The notes: generated by a model not told the origin, from the sequence alone. 64,000 nucleotides of DNA from Macrostomum hystrix (GCA_950097015.1 CATNEN010000001.1:7564001-7628000); one strand, 5' to 3'. Positions 24,141 to 37,500 are shown, counted from the first letter of the stretch. Numbers and translations are program-made.

Positions 24141-25880
24141 CTCTCAAATCGCCTGTTAGACTCTCAAAGCACCTGTTAGACTCTCAAATCACCTGTTAGA
24201 CTCTCAAAGCACCTGTTAGACTCTCAAAGCACCTGTTAGACTCTCAAAGCACCTGTTAGACTCTCAACGCACCTGTTAGACTCTCAAAGCACCTGTTAGA
24301 CTCTCAAATCACCTGTTAGACTCTCAAAGCACCTGTTAGACTCTCAAAGCACCTTTTAGACTCTCAAATCACCTGTTAGACTCTCAAAGCACCTGTTAGA
24401 CTCTAAAATCACCTGTTAGACTCTCAAATCGCCTGTTAGACTCTCAAAGCACCTGTTAGACTCTCAAAGCACCTGTTAGACTCTCAAATCACCTGTTAGA
24501 CTCTCAAAGCACCTGTTAGACTCTCAAATCACCTGTTAGACTCTCAAAGCGCCTGTTAGACTCTCAAAGCACCTGTTAGACTCTCAAATCACCTGTTAGA
24601 CTCTCCAAGCACCTGTCTCAAATCACCTGTTAGACTCTCAAATCACCTGTTAGACTCTCAAATCACCTGTTAGACTCTCAAATCACCTGTTAGACTCTCA
24701 AAGCACCTGTTAGACTCTCAAATCACCTGTTAGACTCTCAAAGCACCTGTTAGACTCTCAAAGCACCTGTTAGACTCTCAAATCACCTGTTAGACTCTCA
24801 AAGCACCTGTTAGACTCTCAAAGCACATGTTAGACTCTCAAAGCACCTGTTAGACTCTCAAATCACCTGTTAGATTCTCAAATCACCTGTTAGACTCTCA
24901 AAGCACCTGTTAGACTCTCAAAGCACCTGTTAGACTCTCAAATCACCTGTTAGACTCTCAAATCACCTGTTAGACTCTCAAATCACCTGTTAGACTCTCA
25001 AAGCACCTGTTAGACTCTCAAATCACCTGTTAGACTCTCAAAGCGCCTGTTAGACTCTCAAAGCACCTGTTAGACTCTCAAATCACCTGTTAGACTCTCC
25101 AAGCACCTGTCTCAAATCACCTGTTAGACTCTCAAATCACCTGTTAGACTCTCAAATCACCTGTTAGACTCTCAAATCACCTGTTAGACTCTCAAAGCAC
25201 CTGTTAGACTCTCAAATCACCTGTTAGACTCTCAAAGCACCTGTTAGACTCTCAAAGCACCTGTTAGACTCTCAAATCACCTGTTAGACTCTCAAAGCAC
25301 CTGTTAGACTCTCAAAGCACATGTTAGACTCTCAAAGCACCTGTTAGACTCTCAAATCACCTGTTAGATTCTCAAATCACCTGTTAGACTCTCAAAGCAC
25401 CTGTTAGACTCTCAAAGCACCTGTTAGACTCTCAAATCACCTGTTAGACTCTCAAATCACCTGTTAGACTCTCAAAGCACCTGTTAGACTCTCAAAGCAC
25501 CTTTTAGACTCTCAAATCACCTGTTAGACTCTCAAAGCACCTTTTAGACTCTCAAATCACCTGTTAGACTCTCAAAGCACCTGTTAGACTCTCAAATCAC
25601 CTGTTAGACTCTCAAATCGCCTGTTAGACTCTCAAATCACCTGTTAGACTCTCAACGCACCTGTTAGACTCTCAAATCACCTGTTAGACTGTTGAACACT
25701 CTTTTTAGACTCTTTTTAGACTTGAGAAATCACCTGTTAGACTTTAAGAACTACCTGTTAAACTTTAGAAATCACGTTTTAGACTGTAGCAATCACCTCT
25801 GAGACTCTAGAAATCACCTGTTTTAGACTCTATAAATCGCCTGTTACGCTCTAGAAATCACCTGTTAGACTCTAGAAATC
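24139..25880. repeat. 20-bp minisatellite with an internal ~494-bp higher-order duplication
   Basis: (GACTCTCAAA[G/T]CACCTGTTA)n; the same deletion variant occurs at ~24601 and ~25095. Confidence 0.95.
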
Positions 25881-26244
25881 ACTTTTTAGACCTGTGATTC
25901 TGTCTGGCAACGAAAGAAAGAAATAGAAGTTTGTACTTTTAACTGGCAACGGTAAGGTGCAACAAAAGACTGACTCCCCTGAAATAATATAGCGCGCAGC
26001 TAAATATAAAACAGGTAAATTGCAAAGCTTGGTTCCATTGTCCAGATTGTAGAATAATCTGCGATCAGCAAAGCGAAGCAGAAAACAGAAGAAAACATAT
26101 GGCGACAAAAATATTGAGAACAGAAGCGCAATAATAATTGCCTGTCTGAGCAGCTAAACGTGAGCCTAAGTAAATCTTCTATTTCTAACCCCTTGGTCTG
26201 TGGGACGAGCTATTTTAACTCTGAGTTCACCCAGTTCTTAATTG

Positions 26245-26320
26245 TTGGGGGTAATTGGGGGTGGGTGTGGCGTCCCCCCTGTCCATGGACTGAACAGCCC
26301 AATAGCTGTGGCTGTACGTC
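26245..26320 (+). mobile_element. Partial SINE family B copy
   Basis: GGGGTAATTG..GTCCATGGACTGAACAGCC..AATAGCTGTGGCTGT. Confidence 0.55.
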
Positions 26321-26744
26321 TGGGACAATTGTGACTAGGTGTCTTTTCTACTCTCTATCAACTATTCCGTTATAGTAGAAACTGGAAATAATAAACATAA
26401 GGTATTTGATATTTAGCATGAGGCAGGCCACAAGAAACTCGTGTGGGCGTCTCACAAGAGGGACCTGCTTGACAAACATTTTTGAACGTGACCCTGCGCC
26501 CATTTTTCTGTTCTCTCCGGAACTGAAAAATATTTTTTTCTGGCTTAAATCCTGTTCTGGGATCCTGTTCGCGGATTATGCACAGCTTTCATTGCGTGTA
26601 CTTTTGTGCATGGCACATTGAAGTGTGAATTACTAAAGTAGCTGATGAAACAACTATTGACATATATGTCTAAATTGACATATCGACAGTCTTTGAAGAA
26701 AACACTGTTAGATAGCTCAGCAAAATATGCTGATAATCTATAAA

Positions 26745-27580
26745 TATTTTAGATAAGCTGCTAACCTGTTAGATAAGCTGCTAACCTGTTAGATAAGCTG
26801 CTAACCTGTTAGATAAGCTGCTAACCTGTTAGATAAGCTGCTAACCTGTTAGATAAGCTGCTAACCTGTTAGATAAGCTGCTAACCTGTTAGATAAGCTG
26901 CTAACCTGTTAGATAAGCTACTGACATTTTAGATAAGCTGCTAACCTGTTAGATAAGCTGCTAACCTGTTAGATAAGCTGCTAACCTGTTAGATAAGCTA
27001 ATGACCTGTTAGATAAGCTACTGAACTGTTAGATAAGCTAATGACCTGTTAGATAAGCTATACTAACCTGTTAGATAAGCTACTGACATTTTAGATAAGC
27101 TGCTAACCTGTTAGATAAGCTGCTAACCTGTTAGATAAGCTGCTAACCTGTTAGATAAGCTAATGACCTGTTAGATAAGCTACTGAACTGTTAGATAAGC
27201 TAATGACCTGTTAGATAAGCTATACTAACCTGTTAGATTAGCTACTGACATTTTAGATAAGCTTCTAACCTGTTAGACAAGCTACTTACCTGTTAGACAA
27301 GCTACTGACCTGTTAGATAAGCTACTGAACTGTTAGATAAGCTACTTACCTGTTAGATAAGCTGCTAACCTGTTAGATAAGCTGCTAACCTGTTAGATAA
27401 GCTACTGACGTTTTAGATAAGCTACTAACCTGTTAGATAAGCTACTAACCTGTTAGATAAGCTACTAACCTGTTAGATAAGCGACTAACCCATTAGATAA
27501 GCTACTAACCTGTTAGATAAGCTACTAACCTGTTAGATAAGCTATACTAACCTGTTAGATAAGCTACTAACCCATTAGAT
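26745..27580. repeat. 20-bp minisatellite
   Basis: (AGATAAGCTGCTAACCTGTT)n. Confidence 0.95.
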
Positions 27581-28467
27581 ATGCTGTTAAACACAAAGTC
27601 GTTCAGTATTTTTGCACTGACTGTCAAAACATGATGTTTAGATATTGTAATTAGGCCAAAATTATTTCGCAAAGTAGCTGACACGATGGAGATGATAAAA
27701 ATATTTATTATGTCTGGGGTGAAAGCTAGAACTGTTCTGAAATTTGAAGCACTCGACAAGACTAGCTTTCTGCATGCTTCATTTAACAAAAAATTCTAGA
27801 ATTTTTCTTTTGTCGAAGGAAACAAAATAGATTTTCAACAAGCAACAGGCTCGCTGGAAATAAGAATCCGGCAATGATAATTTTGCTGCTTTTGTGCTCA
27901 GATTTCCCGCCAAATCTTAGCAACTCAGCGAGTGCAGCAAAAATAAAAAGGAGAGATATCTATTTCCCGGCTTTTCCTCGCGTGGCCCAGAGCACGAGCT
28001 GATGAGGAGAGACGCGAGACAACAAAGCAAGAGGAAGAAGATGAGAACCAAAAAAACGGAAACTCCCCAGGCAAAAGCCTGAATGACGATAGGCTGACAA
28101 ATTAATCAGAAAATCAGAAAAAATCTATGCGCAAGACTGGCAGAATCAACCAGTCGAGCAGTCGGTAATTATTAGCTCGACCGAGGATAAAAGGCAAGGT
28201 TTAGTGTCCCGGGATAAAGGAGGTGATATGATTTCCTAAGCAACATGGTCACACCACATCAATATCAGCAGCTGTCAAGGCTTTCCATTGTCAATTCGCC
28301 AAGTTCTGTTGCCGACTGCCCTCCTGTGTGCTGAGGCGCCTGCGAGTGTCTCTCAGTTGGGCAACAGAAAATTTAATTAGCATCACTTTTGTCTGATAGA
28401 AATCTGTAACAATGCTAGAAAAAGAAAAAATCATCCAACTCGATGGATGATCCAACGGATAATTTAA

Positions 28468-28810
28468 TAGAATGGATTGCTAGTCTAGCCTCCGATGGAT
28501 GAAGGAACAGAATGGATTGCTAGTCTAGCCTCCAATTGATGAAGGAATAGAATGGATTGCTAGTCTAGCCTCCAATTGATGAAGGAATAGAATGGATTGC
28601 TAGTCTAGCCTCCAATGGATGAAGGAATAGAATGGATTGCTAGTCTAGCCTCCAATGGATGAAGGAATAGAATGGATTGCTAGTCTAGCCTCCAATGGAT
28701 GAAGGAATAGAATGGATTGCTAGTCTAGCCTCCAATTGATGAAGGAACAGAATGGATTGCTAGTCTAGCCTCCAATGGATGAAGGAACAGAATGGATTGC
28801 TAATCTAGCT
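28468..28810. repeat. 40-bp minisatellite, ~8 copies
   Basis: (AGAATGGATTGCTAGTCTAGCCTCCAATGGATGAAGGAAT)n. Confidence 0.95.
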
Positions 28811-29454
28811 TTTGAGCTAACACTATAGGACGTTGACCTTTGATGTTGGCCTGAGTGCAACAATTTAGTGTAAGCATCACAGCTACTTCTCGCTAACATG
28901 CAAAAGCCATTGAAACTTCCATTTTGGTTCCATTTTATAAATGGAATAATATTTATATTTGTGCCAAATGCGCGCGCTTGTGTGTGTGTTTAAGTGTGTG
29001 GGTGTGTGAGTTTCAACAAAGCAGCTTAGAAGTTTTTCAATGCTTCTGGATTGGCTTATCGGGCTTTGAGTCCCTCTGAGACTGGGGTGGGGCCATGGGC
29101 AGTAGAGATGGCAGGTGAATTATTTATTTGCCATTTCCATCTGTGGGTCTTCTGTCTGACTCTCTCATCCCTCCTCCTCTCTCTGTCTAGCACACTCTTA
29201 GATCGGTCGGTGGCTCAGACTAAAGCGATCTTGAGGTGAAAAAGCAGAAAAAATATAACCCAAGTTTGAACAACCCCGATCAGGGATTCCTCTAGCTTTT
29301 TAAGCACTCCCGAATCTTAAAGTTCGTGTCATTTTTAATTCAGGCACAATGGATTAAAAGCTTTTTTGTTTTAATTCCCGCTACAATTTTTTGTTTTAAC
29401 AAGTTACATTAAAAATGGGACATCAATTCTGGAAATTATGGTTCTGTAGTTTGG

Positions 29455-29780
29455 TTGAGATTCTGCAGTTCAGGATCCTACAGTTTCGAGATTTTACAGT
29501 TTCGGGATTCGAAAGTTTTGGGATTATACATTTTCTGGATTCTTCAGTTATGGGATTCTACAGTTTCAGGATTCTACAGTTTCGGGAATCTACAGTTTCG
29601 GGATTCTACAGTTTTGGGATTCTACAGTTTCGGGATTCTACAGTTTCGGGATTCTACAGTTTCGGGATTCTACAGTTTCGGGATTCTACAGTTTCAGGAT
29701 TCTACAGTTTCGGGATTCTACAGTTTCGGGAATCTACAGTTTCGGGATTTTTACATTTTCGGGATTATTTGAGTTTCGGA
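29455..29780. repeat. 16-bp minisatellite
   Basis: (GGGATTCTACAGTTTC)n. Confidence 0.9.
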
Positions 29781-32672
29781 ATCAAGTGTCTTGCTCTATA
29801 GACACTATTTGTCTCATTTGGGTTGAGAATCGAACTCCAAACGTGTCAGTCTGAAGTTCGATTCCCTGTTCGATTGTGTGCAATTTGCAACACAATAAAC
29901 GCGCGGTTGTCAGCAACTTATGAGTAAATATAAATCGTATAAATTATAGAAGAAGAACTTACCTTGATTTATTTGTAGCCGCCGAGTGTCATAGAGAGTG
30001 CTACAGGTACAGTTATTATCTTTCGATTCTGTGATTTCAGGAAATTGACAATTAGTAAAAGGCAAGTCTAGTTTACAACTTAGCAGTAAACACTAGATTC
30101 TTTGCAGGTGTCAAACCTACTGATTTATCAGCAATGCGTTCAGACGCCTCGTGTGAAAAAAGCTTTCAGAAGAAGAATTTGCGTTTTTAAAAAACCAGTC
30201 CAAGTTGATAAATAGAGCTGTTGCTGCTGCTGCTTGACCAGAAAAAAGGCAGACTTAATGGGGCCAATAATCTACCAGATAGTTTCGTTCGCTTAAGCAG
30301 AAGCAATTTGTGTGTATGCGTGTATGTATAGGCGAAAAAATATATAATTTTTGCAGAGAGGAACAGGAGAAATTCAGCACCCTATCCCCAATGCAGCCTT
30401 GGCTGGGGATGTCTGAGTGTAGGGGTGTGTTCAGCCCGGATTTGGGGTGGCTGCGAGGTGTGCGGAAGGGGTATCTGGGTGAGTTGCAGTGCGGTGGGAT
30501 TTCCCATCTTCTCAAAACTACCTCCCCGCCCCAACCAACCAAACAGCATCCATGGGTCTCGTTCTCTACTTGTTTCACTCCTGCCCATGCTTCATCTTCG
30601 CCTCCCTATCCGCAACTTGGGGTGGGGGGAGAATTGCTTTTTGAAGCCGGCGCCACTCTAACCCACCTCCGACCTCTGCTGCTCTTCAGCGCAACCCCAA
30701 CGGTAGAAGTCGCGAATCAGACGGACGCAACTCAGAGTGTCGCCACCCCGGCCTCAGTTGCCGAGGGGGGTTGGTGTAGGGATCACAAGAAGACTGCACG
30801 AAAGATGAAGGGAAGCAGAAGGACGCGATGCTGCTGGGAGAGAGCCTTCAACAGCCACCTCCTATGGCGTCTTCTGCTCCCGTATGTACACAGACACTGG
30901 CTATGCATTCCATTTCCTAAAAAGCGGCAGCACTGCCCCATACTTACGTGACTACTGCACTGGTCTCTGCTTTCCTCTCTTCCTCCCTGCATCTACTCCC
31001 CAGTTCAATTACTAAGCCCATTGCGAGTGGCCCTCGTACACTGCTTCAGCTTAGGGCAATAGGTCGCGAGTGTGGGCGTCGTGATAGGCCAGGAATAGAC
31101 ACTGTCGGACTAGAAGGAAGGAAAGAAAGGAAAAACTCCAAAAATTCGCTTTCTCTCTCTCTTCTACGCTCAACTCCTCATCTATTTCACCTCTGGTTTC
31201 CTTCGACCAAGGCCACACAGAGACACGCACACATTGGGGTTGGCACTGAGCACATGATGCATTGCTCAGAAAATTCTACTTTCGCCGTCTTCCAGAAAGC
31301 GGGGACAGACAGAGAGATCTCTGCTAGCAGATAAATTTAGAAATGAGGGTCGAACCAACGGAGACACTCGAGACGAACTGGAAGTCTCGGCTCTGTGTCT
31401 ATTCCCTTCTCTCCAATTTTTTCAGCCCACTGGATCCTCAAAGGGTGACACCTTTCATCCCATATTTCTGAGATCTCTTCCACTCGAATCTCTGCTTCCC
31501 TTTCTCGCATGCACTCTCCTGGGCCTCTTAACATTGGTCAAGTGTTGCCTGCTACAGCCTCCTCTCTAATCCTAAAAAAGCCATCCGCTTGCTTGTCGGG
31601 GCAGAATTACTTAAGGGGATATTGTGCAAAGATTCTTAGAAAATCCCCAGATGATTTCCCGCATGTCAACTATCTGTCTCTTTTTGTCTCAAGCCTTCGA
31701 TCCATCCTGAAATTGGTCTGCGCGTGTTGAATTTTATTTATTTAAAATCGTTTTCTCTAGATAAATAGCGTCTGAAGATCACCGCCAACTGATCCTTTGT
31801 TATTTTACAACAATATATTACGAAACAATGTCCCGAATGAGCCGGGAACATTCAGACTCAACGAAGCTTGTCGCAAAACAGAGATTTCAAATTCCGAAAA
31901 CAATCTCACGGATTATTTGCCATTGCTATCAGCTAAATTGATACGGGGTGGAGCAAGCAGACGACGGAGAATGCTGCCAAAAAATTGTGCGCCAATGGAA
32001 TCAAACCAGGGCATTAAAGAAACACTGAAAATTGCTTTAGCTCTACTTGAAGTAGTCAGATACAGATGTATAACTTTCTGATATAATTTTCTCTCTCACG
32101 CTAAATTCATGGCGCACATCGTCATGTTCATGACGGCATTTGCTGTCCTCGATTGTAGAGGTCAACAAGAGGAAGACTGACGTGATTTGCGTTCCGTTCA
32201 ACAACTAGGTTGCGTCACTGTCTTACCTCGTCCTACCGCCCGCAGTCGGTGTTGGTGGTGCTTTCCCCTCGGTCCGGATTCCAACCCCTCACAGGTTTCG
32301 AGTTTTGTTGTTTTTCGTCTTTGTGTATGCTGCTGTTTAGGGCCGACGTGTTTTCATATTTGATGCAAAAGAGGACTCTGAAGGTGAGGCAGACAGACGG
32401 CTGAGCGCTAAATGAGGTCGTCTTGTCGCGAAAGCTTAGCGTAACGTAGCGTGCTAAAATTGACATTCCTTTTTTTAATTAACACAGGATGGTGTCAAAA
32501 TTTCAAAAATGCTAAGGATTGCAGCCATAGTTCAGTATCAAGCAAAATGATTACGTATTCCATTTATATGCTTGTAAATGATAGTCGTATTGGTTTGCAA
32601 AGATCAGCATTCACTCTAAAATCAGCTCGGCACCCCCAATCAGTCGATGGTAATCGATTTCGATCAATTTTG

Positions 32673-32678
32673 TTTATT
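32673..32678 (-). terminator. Candidate polyadenylation signal of the neuropeptide gene
   Basis: AATAAA on the minus strand about 125 nt after the stop codon. Confidence 0.4.
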
Positions 32679-32800
32679 TCAGCTATCAAAAGAAGCCTCG
32701 ACAAGAAAAGCAAGCGAGCTGTGTCAGTTGACTTCGAATTTAAGATTTCAATGTTCAGCCTAAAGTGCCGGGACGTCACCCTGTCAATGGTTGACACGAG

Positions 32801-35800
32801 TTAGTCGAAGTCGTATCGGCGCCTTCCAGCCAGCGATCTGAAGCGCATAGCGGATCCCAGGTAGCGCTTGTTCTGCTTCTGACGACCAAGGCGCATCGCC
32901 GCACCGAGATGCCGCTTCATTGGGCGCTCCACCGTCCCGACATCGACCATGTGGGAACCATCGTCGTAATAATCGTTGATGTCTTCTATTTCATCGTAAG
33001 TTGGCTCTCCAAGCCAGTTAAAATCGTCACCGCATTGACTTTTTGCACTTCTGTCGTGCTCTGCCTGCGACCAACACGGCATGTCAACTTGACGCTTGAA
33101 CCGCAGTCGCATGGCGGAGCCCAAGTTCTTCTTGTAGCGGAGCCGCATGGCGGAGCCCATGTTCTTCTTGTAGCGGAGCCGCATGGCGGAGCCCATGTTC
33201 TTCTTGTAGCGGAGCCGCATGGCGGAGCCCATGTTCTTCTTGTAGCGGAGCCTCATGGCGGAGCCCATGTTCTTCTTGTAGCGGAGCCTCATGGCGGAGC
33301 CCATGTTCTTCTTGTAGCGGAGCCTCATGGCGGAGCCCATGTTCTTCTTGTAGCGGAGCCTCATGGCGGAGCCCATGTTCTTCTTGTAGCGGAGCCGCAT
33401 GGCGGAGCCCATGTTCTTCTTGCCTTTGAGTCGCATGGCGGAGCCCATGTTCTTCTTGTAGCGGAGCCGCATGGCGGAGCCCATGTTCTTCTTGCCTTTG
33501 AGTCGCATGGCGGAGCCCAAGTTGCGCTTGGCTTCTTCGACTGTTTGATAGGGAGCTTCATAAACTTCTGAACCATCGAAGGGTTCCACTTCGCTCGTCA
33601 TCCCAGTGTTGTCATTGTAGCTAGATGGCACCGGCTCCTCCGAATGGAATTGAGAGGCCTGAAAAAACATCGCGATTTGGAGCGACCAAGGAGAGTTACT
33701 TCGGTGCGATGCAAATCAATGATGTCATGAAAGTGCGTTTTTTCATTTAGTTTATTCTCTCTAAGAGTCACTGAATCCTACTGGATTTTGATAAAGCTGG
33801 TAGGGCTAAATTTAGCGTAATGTTTTTGGATTGACGTGTGCTGCTTGGTTTCTAGTCGATAAATGTTCGATACCAGTGCATAGAGGGCTACCAGATGAGA
33901 TTAGACTCATCTAAATAGAAGCACATAGCATCGATTGCTTATTTTTTCCAGATCTTCGAATGGAATAGGTCATCGTTAGGAGATAGGCCATTTAAAAACC
34001 GAAATGTTTCTAAGAAATTAACAGTATAAATTCGCGACTTTTTGTTTTACTGAATAAAAACTTGTTAATATAGGAAAAATTGTTTTACCGTAAGATTTAT
34101 ATTTGTTATAAATTATCCACCATTTTGACTAAAAATTGCTATAAATACAGACGACTAGAACGAAAGGAAAAAAACTTGTTTTTTTCATACCAAGTTCGTA
34201 TATAATACTCAGAAGTGTTCTTTAATGTTTTTAGAAAACATACCGAGGCGAATACTAAGAAAATTCAAGAGAGAGAAATACGAAGCACACTTGATGTACA
34301 CTTGAGATCATTGGTAACGCTCTTCGGAAAGCCAATACTCAAAAATACATATACGCGATAAAGTAATCGACCAGAAAAACTAAATACGATACTTATACTA
34401 ACGAGGGGGTAGCATGAATTATCGAGGGGGTAGCATGAATTATCTATGGGAAGCATGAATTATCGAGGGGTAGCATGAGTTATCGATGGGAAGCATGAGT
34501 TATCGATGGGAAGCATGAGTTATCGATGGGAAGCATGAGTTATCGATGGGAAGCATGAGTTATCGATGGGAAGCATGAGTTATCGATGGGAAGCATGAAT
34601 TATCGATGGATTAGCATGAATTATCGATGGAAAGCATGAATTATCGATGGGAAGCATGAGTTATCGATGGGAAGCATGAGTTATCGATGGGAAGCATGAA
34701 TTATCGAGGGGGTAGCATGAATTATCTATAGGAAGCATGAATTATCGATGGGAAGCATGAGTTATCTATGGGAAGCATGAGTTATCGATGGGAAGCATGA
34801 GTTATCGATAGGAAGCATGAGTTATCGATGGGAAGCATGAGTTATCGATGGGAAGCATGAATTATCTATGGGAAGCATGAGTTATCGATGGGAAGCATGA
34901 GTTATCGATGGGAAGCATGAATTATCGATGGGAAGCATGAATTATCGAGGGGGGTAGCACAAATTATCGAGGGGAATCACAATTTTCCCCTCGAAAGAAT
35001 GAATTATTGATGAAAAAGCATGAATTATCAAGGGGGTAGCATGGTTAATCGACTGGGTTGCTTGGTTTGATGAGGGCGTATAGCTTGATATATTGAGACG
35101 GTAGCATTTTTTCAATGCGGTAGCATGCTTTTACAAGGGTTAGCATGCTTTTACAAGGGTTAGCATGCTTTTACAAGGGTTAGCATGATTTTACAAGGGT
35201 TAGCATGCTTTTACAAGGGTTAGCATGCTTTTACAAGTGTTAGCATGCTCTTACAAGTGTTAGCATGCTTTTACAAGGGTTAGCATGCTTTTACAAGGGT
35301 TAGCATGCTTTTACAAGTGTTAGCATGCTTTTACAAGGGTTAGCATGCTTTTACAAGGGTTAGCATGATTTTACAAGGGTTAGCATGCTTTTACAAGGGT
35401 TAGCATGCTTTTACAAGTGTTAGCATGCTCTTACAAGTGTTAGCATGCTTTTACAAGGGTTAGCATGCTTTTACAAGGGTTAGCATGCTTTTACAAGGGT
35501 TAGCATGCTTTTACAAGGGTTAGCATGCTTTTACAAGTGTTAGCATGCTCTTACAAGTGTTAGCATGCTTTTACAAGGGTTAGCATGCTTTTACAAGGGT
35601 TAGCATGCTTTTACAAGGGTTAGTGAAGAGTAGTGAAGTTGCATATTAAAATTTAACTACTAGGGGTCTTGACTAGTGACACACACAGACGCTTCCTTTT
35701 TAGTATAATTGATTGTTCTGGAAGCTCTAGGTGACATTAAACCATTTCCAGAGACCAAAGTAATGCTAGCAAAACGCAATCGTGGATGAAATTCGCTGGT

Positions 35801-35879
35801 TTAAAACAAGCTTTTAGCTCACCTCACTGGTGATGGCAATTGTGGGGCACAGCAATAGCAGCAGAACCAGTGGAGACAT
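32801..35879 (-). CDS. Neuropeptide prohormone (~304 aa) with 14 related G(S/A)AMR(L/F) peptides
   Basis: Exon 35879-35823 encodes the signal peptide MSPLVLLLLLCPTIAITSE|gtgagc and splices in phase 0 to tttcag|GCC at 33658. It encodes an acidic spacer, 12 tandem 12-aa units flanked by KK/KR, then KR-HLGAAMRL-G-R and KR-YLGSAMRFRSLA-G-RRR; stop at 32801. Confidence 0.9.
34400..34970. repeat. 20-bp intronic minisatellite
   Basis: (AAGCATGAGTTATCGATGGG)n. Confidence 0.95.
35120..35623. repeat. 20-bp intronic minisatellite
   Basis: (TAGCATGCTTTTACAAGGGT)n. Confidence 0.95.
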
Positions 35880-36261
35880 TCTGCGCGGTTGGTACCTCGG
35901 AGAAATTTGGAGGATACAATCAGGGCAAATTTGGTACAGAAAATAGAGTTTTCACTAATGACAAACAAATCAGGGATACCCTGGTTTCGAGAGATGCTCT
36001 AGAATTTCTGTCACGTTCAACTCTTTGCCGAAACCAAATGAATCTTTAATAAGATTGGCTTCGCTCAAAGGATCATATTTTCTGCTGACCCCAAGACACG
36101 CTATGGTTCTTAAATAATCAATTTAATTCTCGAAGGAAAATGCAATGTGCATTAGGCTTTGCAAATGTTTTGCTATATTTCTTTCAGGACGTGATTTTTT
36201 GCTCTGATTGAAGGAATGAAATTCAGAGTTAAGTGTTCAATACTTGGCGCTTTCAATTAGT

Positions 36262-37120
36262 CCAGGGGTCGGCAAACTCCGACCTGCGGGCCAGATGCGA
36301 CCCTCGAAGCTCCCAAATCCAGCCCGTTGACCCTTCCGTCACCTACAGTATCCTGTTCCATCTTTTCCCTGTCTCATCTCTCCCGTGTCTCATCTCTCCC
36401 GTGTCTCATCTCTCCCGTGTCTCATCTCTCCCGTGTCTCATCTCTCCCGTGTCTCATCTCTCCTGTGTCTCATCTCTCCCGTGTCTCATCTCTCCCGTGT
36501 CTCATCTCTCCCGTGTCTCATCACGTGTCTCATCCCGTGTCTCTCCCGTGTCTCATCTCTCCAGTGTCTCATCTCTCCCGTGTCTCATCTCTCCCGTGTC
36601 TCATCTCTCCCGTGTCTCATCTCTCCCGTGTCTCATCTCACCCGTGTCTCATCTCTCACGTGTCTCATCTCTCCCGTGTCTCATCTCTCCCGTGTCTCAT
36701 CTCTCCCGTGTCTCATTTCTCTCCCGTGTCTCATCTCTCACCCGTGTCTCATCTCTCCCGTGTCTCATCTCTCCCGTGTCTCATCTCTCCCGTGTCTCAA
36801 ATCTCTCCCGTGTCTCATCTCTCCCGTGTCTCATCTCTCTCCCGTGTCTCACCTCTCTCCCGTGTCTCATCTCTCTCCCGTGTCTCACCTCTCTCCCGTG
36901 TCTCATCTCTCCCGTGTCTCATCTCTCCCGTGTCTCATCTCTCCCGTGTCTCATCTCTCCCGTGTCATCTCTCTCCCGTGTCTCATCTCTCCCGTGTCTC
37001 ATCTCTCCCGTGTCTCATCTCTCCCGTGTCTCATCTCTCCCGTGTCTCATCTCTCCCGTGTCTCATCTCTCCCGTGTCTCATCTCTCCCATGTCTCATCT
37101 CTCCCGTGTCTTATCTCATG
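36262..37120. mobile_element. Second, 3'-truncated copy of the same MITE with the 16-bp array
   Basis: Left end CAGGGGTCGGCAAACT..GGGCCAGATGCG..CGAAGCTCCCAAATCC..TACAGTATCCTGTT matches 9677-9770, then (GTGTCTCATCTCTCCC)n; no right TIR seen. Confidence 0.7.
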
Positions 37121-37290
37121 CCACTGCTGCTAATATAGACCAGGTTGAACATGATCTCGAGAACTAATTGATGCATGCAATGTAACCGTGACAGCTAGGC
37201 ATTCTCGATTTTGACAGGCTCTTGATTGATGTGTACTCAAAAAAGATAAAATAGCTCATATTTACTGATCAGCTAGATTATTTCACTTAC

Positions 37291-37500
37291 CTACAAGAGA
37301 TGGTGTTTAGCAATAGCCTGTTCTTAAAAATTTCAACGATTAAAAGTCTGTACAACTGAACAGAACTTTAATCCTTTGTCTCAGCGCAACCTCTGATTTG
37401 GAGGTGGACCCGTTTGGGTTAGGGAGGTGAGTAAACTGCAGCAGATGCAGGTGGATAACTTTTATAGCTTTGAAAAGTATTTCTCCCTTGAGGCCAATCA
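37291..37500 (-). promoter_or_regulatory. Putative promoter and non-coding first exon of the neuropeptide gene
   Basis: TATAAAAG on the minus strand at 37466-37459, CCAAT near 37494, and a strong donor GTAG|gtaagt at 37291/37290. Confidence 0.5.

Noticed and set aside
30310-31334. 213-aa and 128-aa plus-strand ORFs
   Set aside because: No recognisable motifs or coding-like composition and no splice support; likely chance.
19027-35623. Regular short repeats as possible CRISPR arrays
   Set aside because: Head-to-tail units without unique spacers, no cas genes, eukaryotic context.
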